Positions 1 through 12,290 of a stretch of DNA of 61,549 bases are shown in pieces (the stretch's first letter is position 1; every line of letters begins with the position of its first letter). This DNA comes from Mustelus asterias (Eukaryota). A program made the translations under genes and the position numbers. The DNA lies in assembly GCF_964213995.1 (NCBI RefSeq), contig NW_027590347.1, forward strand, positions 372,001 to 433,549, written 5' to 3'. The notes below the pieces were generated by a model. It had not been told where the DNA came from, ran no database searches, and saw nothing but the letters and a program-made list of their open reading frames with translations.

Positions 1-612
1 ATGTGAAGCAGCCGCTTCAGGGTGGGATTGTGGATTTTCCTGCCCCCCCCCCCCCCCCCTCTCATTTCCCTTTTGATTGTGAGTTTTATTTTAAACGGTC
101 AGACAGAAACTTAGAGAGAGCATTTCAATCCAGATTCGCCTCGAGATAGAGAAACAGAGCAGAGATCAGGACAGGTTATCCAGAGACAGGAGCAGAGACG
201 GGGTATTGGACAGATAGAGATCTGGGGGGAAGTGTGTAAGAGACGGAGAGGGAGAAACAGAGTGAGGGGAGAGAGGTGACTGATAGAAGTGGGAACTTCA
301 TTGGGGCCTCCTGTGTTTTTTCACTGGCCTGTCTCTGGAGTTAAGCCTCCAGAATGCTTTGATGTGTTTAATAAATTCAATATCGGGACAGTCAGGAGGC
401 AGTTGGAAGTTCATTGCATTTGAAACGTGTTCCCATTTTGTCAGGGTTTAATAATGAGGAGGTGAAAATGAATGTTTCCCCCACCTCCCCCCCCAGTGAG
501 ATTGTGAATTTCAGCAAGTCCTGGGATCTTGCTGTGCCTTTTATTGTTTATAATCAGCTTTTGTTTTGTGTTTAATCAAATTTCACTTTATTTTCTCTTT
601 CTCTCTTCCAAG

Positions 613-712
613 GAGAATTCCTTTGGAAACTTTGGCGATGCAGAGAGCGAATAGTTTTGCCATGAGGAATCCTCGGACAAGAGCTATAACCAGAGAGAAA
701 AATATTAATAAA
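613..712 (+). other. Possible 3'-terminal exon of an unidentified flanking gene
   Basis: Long polypyrimidine tract plus AG ending at 612; phase-0 reading ENSFGNFGDAESE* (613-654); AATAAA at 707-712 followed by a GT-rich stretch. Reading phase and gene identity unknown. Confidence 0.3.
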
Positions 713-3119
713 AGTCCCCGTGTCTTGGTCGTTCATTTTTATTCACAGATAGACTGGTGGGGCTTTTACACGGAGGGTTAGTGGTCTGTGTGTCAGGGGG
801 AGGGGGTATTCCCAGTGATCCCTGCTCCAATGTAATCCCACAGATTTCAATCCCTCTCCCTGAAGCTCTGTCTGTGCAACTCCCCCATCCTCAGAACTGT
901 TTCTCCACATCTTTCCAATCCCTGTCTCTCCCCATCCTTTATACCTCAGCCTCTCACAATGGCAGCATCTTTCCCTTTTTCTCTCCTTCTCTCTATCTTT
1001 CACTCTCTCTGAAACTTTGTCACTCTGTCTTGCCAAAGCCCCACTTTCTATTTATCTCGACATCTCACTTTGTATCTCAGCCTCTCTGGACATCTCTCTC
1101 TCTGTGGATCATTTTATCTCAATCACAGCAGCCTCCTCTCCGTCTCTCTCTCTATCTCTCTGCTCCCCCCTCTGTCTATCTCTGCTCCCTCTCTGTGACT
1201 CATTCTGTCTGAAGTCCAGCAGCATTCTCTCTCACTCCCCATCTCTATATCTTTTCACAATAACTTCATTGCAGTGTTAATGTAAGCCTACTTGTGATTA
1301 ACAAATAAAATTTTAACTTTAACTCTGCTTTTATTTGTCTCTTATCTCTCTCTATCGCTTCCCTCTCTCTATCTGCTTCCCCCTCTCTCTGATCTCTGCT
1401 TCCTTCTCTGTGAATCAGTCTGAATTACAGTCGCATCCTCCCCATCTCCATCTCTCTGATCTCTGCTTCCCCCTCTCTGTGAATCATTCTGTCTGAATTA
1501 CAGCAGCATTCTCTCTATCTCTGTCTTCTTATATCTCTCTCTCTCTCTGCTCTCTCGTGGGGGACGGGCCAGATCACGGGTTTGCTGTTCACAAGCAGCA
1601 AGGGCCCAGGAACGCAGAGGGAGGGAATCGGGGGCAATTCAGAGGGATTCAGCACTGCTGAAAGGGGGGAGTGTGTAATACAGGGGCTTGTTCAGAGCCG
1701 GGGCTATTAGACAGAGAGGGAAGGGGCCGGTGGGGGAGGCTGTTGTACAAGAGGGGGGAATATTATAACACAGGCTGACCAGAGTCAGGGGTTATCAGAG
1801 AAAGGGGGCAATGGAGGAGGGGGGAGGGGGAATCAGACAGGGGGTCTGTTGTACAGGATGGGGGTGGGGGATGTTATAACACAGGCTGCTCAGTGTCAAG
1901 GGAATTAGTCATTAGAACGTTAATGTTTAAAATGGGCAGAGTTTCCACATCCAACTCCACCAGGAGCTGTTTACAGGGGGGTGGTGGACGGGGATGGACG
2001 CGCGGAGGGGGGGGGGGGGGGGTACTAATTAGAAAGGGGGGGATCTGTCAGTCCAGAGGCTGTTCACAGGGAGGGAGTGGGAATTTGCCAGGTTGAGAGG
2101 GGCGGGGGGGGGAAAGAGGAGAACTTAGAGGGATACGGGGCTCAGAGGGAAGGATCGGGAGATTTAGAGGGATTGTGAGGAGGGATGACAGATTTGGCTG
2201 GAGTGGGGGGGGGATTGAGGGGGATTAAAGGGGGAGAGTGTAGAGGGATGTAGGGGTAGACTCAGGGATTGTGGTCGGGAATTAGAGGGATTCAGGGGGA
2301 TTTAAGGGTCTCATGGGGACTTTGGGATTTAGCGGGACTGAGAGGGAGGGAATCAGGGGGAACTGAGGGGGATTCGGGAAGGGGGGGTTTAGAGGGGGAT
2401 TTCTGGGGTTCTGAGGGATACAGGAGGGATTGGGGGGTTTACGGGGATTAAAAGACATGGTTTGGTGCTCAGACAGATTGAAGGGGTGGGATTGGAGAGG
2501 GAGCAGGATTCGGGGGCAGAGGAATGTGGCGAGGGTGGGTGCGATCTCGGGAGACATTCAGGGGGGATTCCAGAGGAATCTCAGGGGCTGAGAATCTGGG
2601 GAGGGTCTGGATGGGGTAGGGAGTCAGAGGGAGTTAGCGGGGGGGCGAGTTGGGGTGGAGGGAAAGGGATTGAGGGCGGGGTGGATTTATAGGGATTTGG
2701 GAGGGGGGAAATTCAGAGAGGGATTTAGGGTGGGGCCTTGCATCAGGGTTAGAATTGGGGGGGTGCCGAGCGATTCGGAGTGGGGGGGTGACTCAGAGGG
2801 ATTCAGGGGTGGGGAGGACTGAGGAAGGATTGGGTGGCTTGATTTTGGCAGGGGGGGCAAAGGGAGCCTTTGGGGGGGGGCTGAGGATTTGGGGCAGGAA
2901 CTTGGAGGATTCAGGGGGCTGAGAGTCAGATTGGCAGTGGGTGTCAGAGAGATTGAGCAGGGGGAGGGGGTGCTTACAGAGTCGGATTAAAGCAGATCGG
3001 GCAGAGGGACAGGGAATCAGGTGGGGGAAAGGGGAATTAGTGGAGATTGAGGGCAGCGGGTTGAGAAGGATTGGGAGTGGCTCAGAGGGCTATGGCGGTG
3101 AGTTCCTGAGAGAGAGTGA

Positions 3120-4092
3120 TTGGGGCGGGCAATCGGGGGGGCGGGCAATCGGGGGGGCGGGCAATCGGGGGGGCGGGCAATCGGGGGGGCGGGCAATCGG
3201 GGGGCGGGCAATCGGGGGGCGGGCAATCGGGGGGCGGGCAATCGGGGGGCGGGCAATCGGGGGGCGGGCAATCGGGGGGCGGGCAATCGGGGGGGGGGGC
3301 AATCGGGGGGGGGGGCAATCGGGGGGGGGGGCAATCGGGGGGGGGGCAATCGGGGGGGGGGGGCAATCGGGGGGGGGGGGCAATCGGGGGGGGGGGGGCA
3401 ATCGGGGGGGGGGGCAATCGGGGGGGGGGCAATCGGGGGGGGGCAATCGGGGGGGGGGGCAATCGGGGGGGGGCAATCGGGGGGGGGCAATCGGGGGGGG
3501 GGCAATCGGGGGCGGGCAATCGGGGGGCGGGCAATCGGGGGGGGGGCAATCGGGGGGGGGGGCGCAATCGGGGGGGGGGGCAATCGGGTGGGGGGGGGAA
3601 TCGGGGGGGGGGCAATCGGGGGGGGGGGCAATCGGGGGGGGCAATCGGGGGGGGGGGGCAATCGGGGGGGGCAATCGGGGGGGGCAATCGGGGGGGGGGG
3701 GCAATCGGGGGGGGCAATCGGGGGGGGGCAATCGGGGGGGGGCAATCGGGGGGGGGCAATCGGGGGGGGGGGCAATCGGGGGGGGGCAATCGGGGGGGGG
3801 GGCAATCGGGGGGGGGGGCAATCGGGGGGGGGGCAATCGGGGGGGGGGCAATCGGGGGGGGGCAATCGGGGGGGGGCAATCGGGGGGGGGGCAATCGGGG
3901 GGGGCAATCGGGGGGGGGGGCAATCGGGGGGGGCAATCGGGGGGGGGGCAAAGCCCAGGAGGGGGGGGGGGCAAAGCCCAGGAGGGGGGGGGGCAAAGCC
4001 CAGGAGGGGGGGGGGCAAAGCCCAGGAGGGGGGGGGCAAAGCCCAGGAGGGGGGGGGGCAAAGCCCAGGAGGGGGGGGGCAAAGCCCAGGAG
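3120..4092. repeat. G-rich minisatellite (GCAATC-Gn units, then GCAAAGCCCAGGA-Gn units) running into an assembly gap
   Basis: Visible tandem units; N run 4093-4290. The Gly/Pro-rich ORFs here are artefacts of the repeat. Confidence 0.95.
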
Positions 4093-4539
4093 NNNNNNNN
4101 NNNNNNNNNNNNNNNNNNNNNNNNNNNNNNNNNNNNNNNNNNNNNNNNNNNNNNNNNNNNNNNNNNNNNNNNNNNNNNNNNNNNNNNNNNNNNNNNNNNN
4201 NNNNNNNNNNNNNNNNNNNNNNNNNNNNNNNNNNNNNNNNNNNNNNNNNNNNNNNNNNNNNNNNNNNNNNNNNNNNNNNNNNNNNNNNNNCACAGAGGTA
4301 CCTGCCTCGTGAGTTTTATATTGTCTGTAGTTAACGACAGTATTGGTCATCTCAAATTATCCCACAACACGAGTCATAATTCGGAAATTTGCAATCGATG
4401 ATGTGCTTATGTGAAATACACCTCAGTCTCTTGGATTCGCCCCGTGGTTTGCACATCTGTTCTGTATGTGGTCTCTATCTCGCTTGTGGTTTGCCTGCCG
4501 GGGAAGTATTTCATCGGATCCATCCCATCCTATTCACGT

Positions 4540-4850
4540 ATTTGTCAAGATGCCTCTTAAAAGTCACTGTCATATCTGCTTCCACTACCTTCCCTGGCAG
4601 CGAGTTCCCGGCACCCACTACTCTCTATAAAAAACTTGCCTTGTACATCTCCTTTAAAGCTTGCCCCTCACACCTTAAACCTGTGCCCCCCTAGTAATTG
4701 ACTCTTCCACCCTGGGAAAAAGCTTCTGATTATCCACTCTGTCCATGCCCCTCATAATCTTGTAGACTTCTGTCAGGTCGCCCCCCCTCAACCTCCGTTG
4801 TTGCAGTGAGAACAAACCAAGTTTCTCCAACCTCTCTTCATAACTAATGA
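4540..4850 (-). mobile_element. CR1-type LINE 3' fragment
   Basis: Reverse complement matches the LRGDLIEVYKIM...WN.LP C-terminal ORF2 sequence of the other CR1 copies in the window. Confidence 0.8.
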
Positions 4851-5340
4851 GCAATTACTCAGCCTGTGAGAGTCACAGCGTCATTTCTAAAATAACACAA
4901 CACAACATTCAACAAGAACAAGCGAACGTCAGCTGAGGAATTGTATAAGGTAAGTTTCGACTTGCATTTACATTGAAAAATAATTTCAATAGTTTGTGGT
5001 GGTGTCAAAATGTACAGGTATTTCGTGTAACTCCAGCTGTCACCTGTGACAGGGGGGACTGACGGTTCTGCAAGTTTTAGCGAAAGATGAGGTCTTGGGA
5101 CGTCATCTGTGAAACAGATAATTTCACAAATCAATTAATTATGGGCTCACTCACCTCTTGTATTTTCATAGAGTCACAGAGGTTTACAGCATGGAAACAG
5201 GCCCTTCGGCCCAAGGGAATGTCAAGGACGCTGCGTTTACTTGTAAGGAAAAGTTTCATCATTGAGTTTGTCTTTATTCATTTACTGTCATCCCTAATTG
5301 CTGCCTGCCCGGTTGGAATTCAAACTGCTGGCAAGAGACA

Positions 5341-5428
5341 GTAAGAAGTCTCACAACACAAAGTTAAAGTCCAACAGCTTTATTTAGTATCACGAGCTTT
5401 CGGAGCGCTGCTCCTTTATCAGATGACA
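5341..5428 (-). mobile_element. Penelope-like repeat fragment with degenerate hammerhead core
   Basis: Same sequence family as 15643-15870; minus strand reads tcat-CTGATAA-aggagcagcgctcc-GAA-AGCT-C-gtga. Confidence 0.65.
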
Positions 5429-5599
5429 GTAAGATAGTAAGACTATCCATCCACTAACCACTCCCCTCAGTGAATCGACGATCGAATACTATTTGAACAT
5501 AATATTTTACACGCATATTCCATGAACTCATATGCCTCAATATGCATGTGGCCCTTAATTATGCTGGCTGCTTTTCCGCGACTTGAGTCAGTGGGGTTA

Positions 5600-6165
5600 T
5601 GCTGCAACTGTACAGGACCTTGGTGAACCACATTTGGAATATTGTGTGCAGTTCTGGTCACCTCAATATAAGAAGGATGTGGAAGCGCTGGAAAGAGTGC
5701 AGAGGAGATTTACCAGGATGCTGCCTGGTTTGGAGGGTAGGTCTTATGAGGAAAGGTTGAGGGAGCTAGGGCTGTTCTCTCTGGAGCGGAGGAGGCTGAG
5801 GGGAGACTTAATAGAGGTTTATAAAATGATGAAGGGGATAGATAGACTGAACGTTCAAAGACTATTTCCTCGGGTGGATGGAGCTATTACAAGGGGGCAT
5901 AACTATGGGGTTCGTGGTGGGAGATACAGGAAGGATATCAGAGGTAGGTTATTTGTGCAGAGAGTGGTTGGGGTGTGGAATGGACTGCCTGCTGTGATAG
6001 TGGAGTCAGACACTTTAGGAACATTTAAGCGGTTATTGGATAGGCACATGGAGCACACCAGGATGATAAGGGAGTGGGATAGCTTGATCTTGGTTTCAGA
6101 TAAAGCTCGGCACAACATCGTGGGCCGAAGGGCCTGTTCTGTGCTGTACTGTTCTATGTTCTATG
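5600..6165 (+). mobile_element. CR1-type LINE, ORF2 C-terminus plus 3' UTR
   Basis: ORF 5583-6188 contains PHLEYCVQFWSP, LERVQRRFTRMLPGL, LRGDLIEVYK, WNGLP; ends in a TGTTCTA-type tail. Confidence 0.93.
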
Positions 6166-6284
6166 ATAGATATGTGGAAATATCATGAAAAGACAAAATG
6201 GGAGTGAGCCCATCATACAATGATTTCTGAAATTGATTTTCAATGTAGATGTTACTTTTCATTGTTAATCAGTCACAGGTAAGG

Positions 6285-6505
6285 CACTGCAATGATGTTA
6301 CTGCGCAATTGCCTTAGTCGCCACATTCCGGTGCCTGTGCGGGTCAATGTACCTAACAGCATGTCGTTCAGAATGTGGGACGAAACCCACGCAGACACGG
6401 GAAGAATGTGGAAACTCCACACAGACAGTGAACCAAGCCGGGAACCAAACCTGGGCCCCTGGCACTACGAGGCAGCAGTGCTCACCACCGTGCCGCCGTG
6501 CCACC
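6285..6505 (-). mobile_element. tRNA-derived SINE (V-SINE type), degenerate
   Basis: Homologous to 8052-8350 and 23612-23947. Confidence 0.8.
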
Positions 6506-6682
6506 CACGTGCTAGTTATGTTAGTTAGAAACAACTAACATAATTCCTCAGTCGGTGTTGGTGTTGTGTTTTGTGTTGGTATTTTATTGATGGCTCTGTG
6601 ACCCTCACGGGATGAGTAATTGTTCCTGATTAGCACAGGAAGCGCGCCCTCCGCTGGTCACTAACTGGAACTCCCAGTCTGC

Positions 6683-7140
6683 AGTTCTTGTCCGGAATCC
6701 GCTCGATCTCTGCAGCAGAGTGTGGGCGGCAGAGCAGATAAATGCGGGGCGCTCTCGGAGAAAAGCACCCCAGCGATATTTAAAGGAACCATTTTGCTTT
6801 TGTTCAAACCAACAGGGAATCAGTCCAGAAAACTTGAGAAGTGCGTTTCCGTGCTGTATAACGTCAACAGACACTTTGAGCCTTCCCCGGCAGACTGGGG
6901 TGTACCAGAACCGTGTTCGACCAGCTGTCGAGTAACTGCAATCCAGTGTTACTGTCTGTCCTTCCTGAACCCTAAATTCAGAAGTACCTGGGGTAGTTTA
7001 TCTTTGCTATTGTTTCCTGCAACAAAATATAGTATTGATTAAATATCTGGTGGAGAACGCTGGGAACAGGCAGTGGCGATTTAAACACAGAATCATTGGA
7101 CAGCAAGACGAACAGTATTAGTAAAGAACACCGGGACAAC
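6683..7140 (-). pseudogene. TCR V pseudogene (clan of the 19.7k V)
   Basis: Acceptor at 7017-7019, frameshifted FR1, WY-type and FIC remnants, degenerate RSS (nonamer ACAAGAACT 6683-6691); leader remnant lacks ATG and donor. Confidence 0.8.
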
Positions 7141-8051
7141 TTGCTTCCTATTGTAGAGATAGTTACACTTCTCGGGGCTAAATGGGTCAAATGATATCGT
7201 GGAAAAGAAAGAACATAATGAGGATGGAGTAGGTTCAAAGGGCTGAAAGACCTCCTCATGCTCCTATTTTCTATGTTTCTATTGGACACTGAATCATAGT
7301 CATTCATTCCTGTAACACAAATACGGAATGCTTCAGGGACTAGATGTAACCCCTGGATGTCACACTGACCAGTTAAAAATATACTTGCAGCGAGAAAATG
7401 CTGCCTGCTTTCGTATTGGACAGAAAGTGACAACATGCTCCAATTGTGTTGAATGCGGCAGTCTGACAGAGTCCCACCCACTTTGCAATCTGGCTTCACT
7501 TATTGAGAACTGGCGTTTTTTCCAGGAACAGGATTGGCTTCTCTGCCAGAACTGCTGATTATTACCCACCAATAAACGAGAGCTGCAGACATTTTTTTCT
7601 GATTCGTGATCTTTCTCTCGGTGACTTTTCTGCTCTCTCGTTCCCGTTGTCACGGTCTCTGTCTTTATGGCGAGACAGCCATTCATTTAGGAAATTTCCT
7701 CACCGCTTTCAAATGGTTGGCAGCGAATACAAATAATTCAGAGCGGCGAATATATTTTTACCAATTCAAAAAACATGCCGTTACTCGAAACCGCCACCAG
7801 GCGGCGTGACCATTATTGCGGTGTTTTCACATTGACGCCCAACAGTCAATAAATATCCTTTCTGTTTCATTCAACAAACCGTGGTGACCAGAGACCATGA
7901 GGATGACACGGCACATATAAATTGACGAGTAAGGTATAGAAAGAGAAACTGAATAAGCGTTTAAAGATGAAGGAGCAAGAGGATGTGTAGGTTGCTGTGC
8001 AGAGAATGAGGAATAAACACATTACGCTGATCAGTCAATAAAAGTACAGTT

Positions 8052-8350
8052 TCTTTATTAGTCACAAATAGGCTTACATTCACACTGCAATGAAGTTACT
8101 GTGAAAATCCCCTTGTCGCCACGCTCCGGTGCCTGTTCGGGAACACCGAGGGAGAATTTAGCACGGCCAGTGCACCCTAAACAGCACGTCTTTGGATTGT
8201 GGGAAGAAACCGGAGCACCCAAAGGAAAGCCACGCAGACAGGGGGAGAGCGTCCAGACTCCACGCAGACAATGACCCAAGCCGGCAATTGAGCCCAGGTC
8301 CCTGGCGCTGTGAGGTGGCAGTGCTAACCACTGCGCCACCGTGCCGCCCC
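8052..8350 (-). mobile_element. tRNA-derived SINE (V-SINE type), full length
   Basis: GGCGGCACGGTGGCGCAGTGGTTAGCAC head with pol III A/B boxes; tail ending GTGACTAATAAA. Confidence 0.9.
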
Positions 8351-9103
8351 TATCATCATTGCATGATTCTAAACCGACGGTGACTATTGGAGCCAAAAGT
8401 AACAAAGAGATCAGATATTCCTGAAACATTTAATCGGTTGTTGCATACACCCACAGAATCCTAGTGAATGTCCAGAACGTATTTGTTTAAACACAGCGTA
8501 TCCCCGAATTGGACTCTGAATGACGGCAACTGACAACATCCCAGAATAATCTGATTAGTCAGAATGTCAACCACCAGTGTCCCACAGAATGAGAAAGGGA
8601 AGCTCCACTGTCCACCACCCCCACCACCAACCATTGACAGTCCTGGATTCGGCAGCAAATCCCTGTCTGCAAATAAAACCCTGATTGGCCCATCTTCTTC
8701 AGCACGAAAAAAAAAGCTGTTTGCAGCTGAAGCTCTGATCCTGCTGACATTGGGTGATTTTATTTTTCTAATCAAATGCCATGTTTTAGCAATTTATTAA
8801 TCATGTGCTTTGGTTAATTGACATTTTCGTTCACAGCCGTTCAATGAGAGGATCAGAGCTCCCACCCTGAGCGGGTGCGGGCTCGGGAAAGGGGACGGGT
8901 TGAACTGAACTGTCGGCTCTCTGTTGGTTCTGGAAACTGTTGGGTGAATGCTTGATCCGAGGTTATTCTGGTTTCTCCTCGCTGTGTTTTAGCAGCTGAC
9001 AGCGCAGCTGCTCAATCTGCCCGCGATTCTAAACAATCCGCAGTAGGCAGCAGCTCCTATCTAGAGTTTTTGTTCGGCGGTGAGAATGTTTTCTATCACT
9101 GTG

Positions 9104-9565
9104 AGACTGAAAGCGCAGTAATAGCCGCCAGCGTCAGTTAGCTGCAGACCCGAGATGGTTAAACTGGTGATTTTATTCTCGATCTGGAGCTCAGCGGAGA
9201 AACGGATTGTAGCAAAACCTGCTTTATCCTCAGTGTCCCAAGAACTTTTCATCACTATAAATTCCGGTTGCTTCTCTGGGCGCTGTCGATACCAATGTAA
9301 GTAATAATTGGTGGCTGTGGTGTCATAGCGACAGATCAATGTCACCGCTTCTCCTTCTGTCTTACCATCTGAGGGGGAACCGCTGAGTGACAGAATCTTC
9401 ATTAGTCACATCTGAAAAAACAAATAAACATAATCAAATGGAAACTGGTCAGGTCAGAGGCTGGAAATATTTGACCCATACGTGAAATAAAGGATGAAAT
9501 GTATTTCATCCCCAATTACCAGTCAAGAATGCTACCCACACAACCCAGATGCTGAGCCGCCGCAT
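9104..9565 (-). pseudogene. TRAV/DV segment with a 1-nt frameshift in FR1
   Basis: Leader 9565-9520 (MRRLSIWVVWVAFLT), V exon 9411-9104, RSS CACAGTG(9097-9103)/23/ACAAAAACT. The spliced frame reads EDSVTQRFPLRW* because of one extra base near a C5 run; the rest of the V is intact in the shifted frame. Confidence 0.85.
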
Positions 9566-10654
9566 TGCCTCTATCCGCGCTGTAAAGGGGAGTTGGGTAT
9601 TTGACAGAATCTGTTTTAAACCCCGCCCCCAGTAATCTGCCGGTGTTGCCTTATGGTGAGCCGGAAACGAGCACAAATTGCTGAGTTTGGTCACATTTTC
9701 TCAATAATTCTGATAGCTTCAGCATCAGGATAGTGGTAATCCTGAATCCAATTAAATTACACTCGGTTAAACATTTTTTTCACTTAATTCCAGCGTCACT
9801 GTTAAGACCAGTGCTTATTTGTGTATCCTTGATATCCTCGGGAAAGATGTTGGTGAGCCGCCGCCCTGAAACACTGCTATTCACCTGGACTTTATCAACA
9901 TATAGAGGGGACAGCTGTAGTGTATCAAGGTTTTCGGATAATACAAAGTGACGTTACATAGTCAGCTGTAGAGAGAGACAGAAAGTCGCTGCCAAGCGTT
10001 ATGTGGAGATTATGTGACTAGTCAATTGGAGCCATGAATAGAAAAATATGCTATTCAATTTGCAGGGAAGAGAAAGGAAGTATTAAACAGTGTAATTAGT
10101 GGGAAATTATTCCTTGCTGGTGTGCAGAGCGATTTGTATGTTCTTTTATACAAAACACAGACATTTAACCTAAAGATTGAGCCAACAGTTAGGAAGGATA
10201 ATTGGATGTTGCCCTTTATTCCAAAGCTGACGATGTTCAGGAGAAATTAAATTAAATACTGTTGCAATTGCACTGAATGTTGGCGATATCTCAGCTGGAG
10301 AACAGTGCACAGCTTTAGTAATTAAGAAACCGATTAAAGGAAATTATTTACTTAAACGTCACTTCTGTCCTGCTCCCCGACACCACTGCGTATTTCTCTG
10401 CCACAAATATAGAGGAAAAAGAAAATCCATAGAAAATCTCATATAGAGATATCCAGTTGGTTCTCACCAGAGGGCGCTAAAAGAGTGCTAAAAGGCAGCG
10501 ACAATTGAAATGACACAGCGAGCGACAAAGAGACCCTCCAAAAATGTCTTTAAAAAGAAAACGACACACATATAAATAGGTGAGAATCAATTCCGGATTT
10601 CAGTGCATTAGGATCACTGAACCTCATAAATACAAGTATGCAGCACAATTGTCA

Positions 10655-11225
10655 CAGAAACATAGAAAAAGAGAAGCAGAAGTAGGGCATTCGGCCCTTC
10701 AAGCCTGATCCGCCATTTATTATGATCGTGGCTGATAATCGAATTCAATATCCTAATACCGCTTCCCCCTCCCACCTCCCAACTCCCACCTCCCACCTCC
10801 CATATGCCTTGATCCTTTTAGCCCCAAGAGCTATACCTAATTTCTTCTTCAAATCACACAACGTTTTGGCCTCAACTACTTCCTGTGGTAGTGGATTCCA
10901 CACATTCACCACCCTCTGGGTGAAGAAATTTATCCACACCACAGTTCTAAAATGTTTACTCCTTATCTTCAAACTCTGACTCCTAGTTCTGGACTCCCCC
11001 ACCATTTGGAATATTCTTTCTGAATCTACCCTGTCTACTCCTGTTAGGATGTTATAAGTTTTTATGACATCCCCCTCACTCTTCTAAACTCCATTGAATA
11101 AAATATTAACCGATTCAGTCTCTCCTTATATGACAAACCTGCCGTGCCAGGAATCAGCCTGATAAGCCATCCCTGCCCTCCCGCTATAACAAGGACATGC
11201 TTTATCAGAAAAGGACACCAACGCC
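10655..11225 (-). mobile_element. CR1-type LINE 3' fragment
   Basis: ORF 10745-11005 FFTQRVVNVWNPLPQEVVEA plus CR1-type 3' UTR/tail. Confidence 0.88.
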
Positions 11226-11832
11226 CTTTCCAAATTCAGTCAAACATTTCTATTTCTATACTGAAATCTTCTCACCCCGAAGGCCAACATACCATTTGTC
11301 TTTTTTTAAAGAAGGATAGGGGGATCTTTTGCAATTAAGTTTGGCTGCAATAATGACCAGTCCTTTACCCATCGCCCCAGTCACCTTCCCGATCAATGTT
11401 TACAGACTATGTTTGGTCAGAGTGTATTGCTGGGTAAGAGGCAGATTATAGATAATCGATAGATTTCAAAAGAAGCAATCGTGGAAACAAACAGAAAAAG
11501 TGCCCCTCTCCTCATGTGCACTGTACTTCAACACGTCTTCCCAATGCTTGAATGTTTATTCTTTTCCAGAATATCAGATTGCTGGTGGTAATTAACAGGC
11601 CAGACTTTCATCCGGAGCTCCTTTCTCTAACAAGAGAGCAACTTATTTTCGCTGTCGCTTTTGGGAGCGGCGGTTTGGTCCGTGGTTAATTTGGTTTCCT
11701 CTGTGTGTTTTTGAGCGTCTGACTACGCGCTGCTCATTGTTGCATTCTCCAGCGATTATGCACAAGGAGGCACAGACTGGAGCTCCTATCCAGAGTTTCT
11801 GTACGGCAGTGAGACTGCTTTCCATCATTGTG

Positions 11833-12290
11833 AGACTGAAAGCGCAGAAATTGACAGCAGTGTCAGTCAGCAGCAGATTCGACATAGTTAAACTGGTGTC
11901 TTTATCCCCGGTCTGAAGCTCTGCAGAAAAACGCATTTTAGCAAAATTTGTTTTATCTCCAGAACCCCAGCATTCTTTTCACATTATCAGCTCGGGCTGT
12001 TTATCTGGTGCTGCCGGTAACAGTATAATTAATAGCTGCTCTCTGGAGTACCATATGAAAAGGTGAATGTCACTGCTTCTCCTTCTGTCTCCATATCTGT
12101 GAAGAGCCGCTGAGTGTCAGAATTTCCATGTGGCAGGTCTGAAAGGAAATCGCACAGCAACAGATGAGATTAAAAGTGTGCTAAAATGTAAACAATAAAT
12201 CTTTGAATTTCAATCAAAGATGAAATTGCTCCTTCGGCACTTACCTGCCAGAAATGCTCCCCACATTACCCAGAAGCTGAGTAACCACAT
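11833..12290 (-). pseudogene. TRAV/DV pseudogene (family of 9.1k/45.5k)
   Basis: Leader 12290-12245 (MWLLSFWVMWGAFLA), exon from 12138; first Cys replaced by Phe, in-frame TAA in CDR1; RSS CACAATG(11826-11832)/23/ACAGAAACT. Confidence 0.88.

Noticed and set aside
2941-4401. Long Gly-rich and Pro-rich ORFs in all frames
   Set aside because: Translations of a G-rich minisatellite and N gap, not genes.
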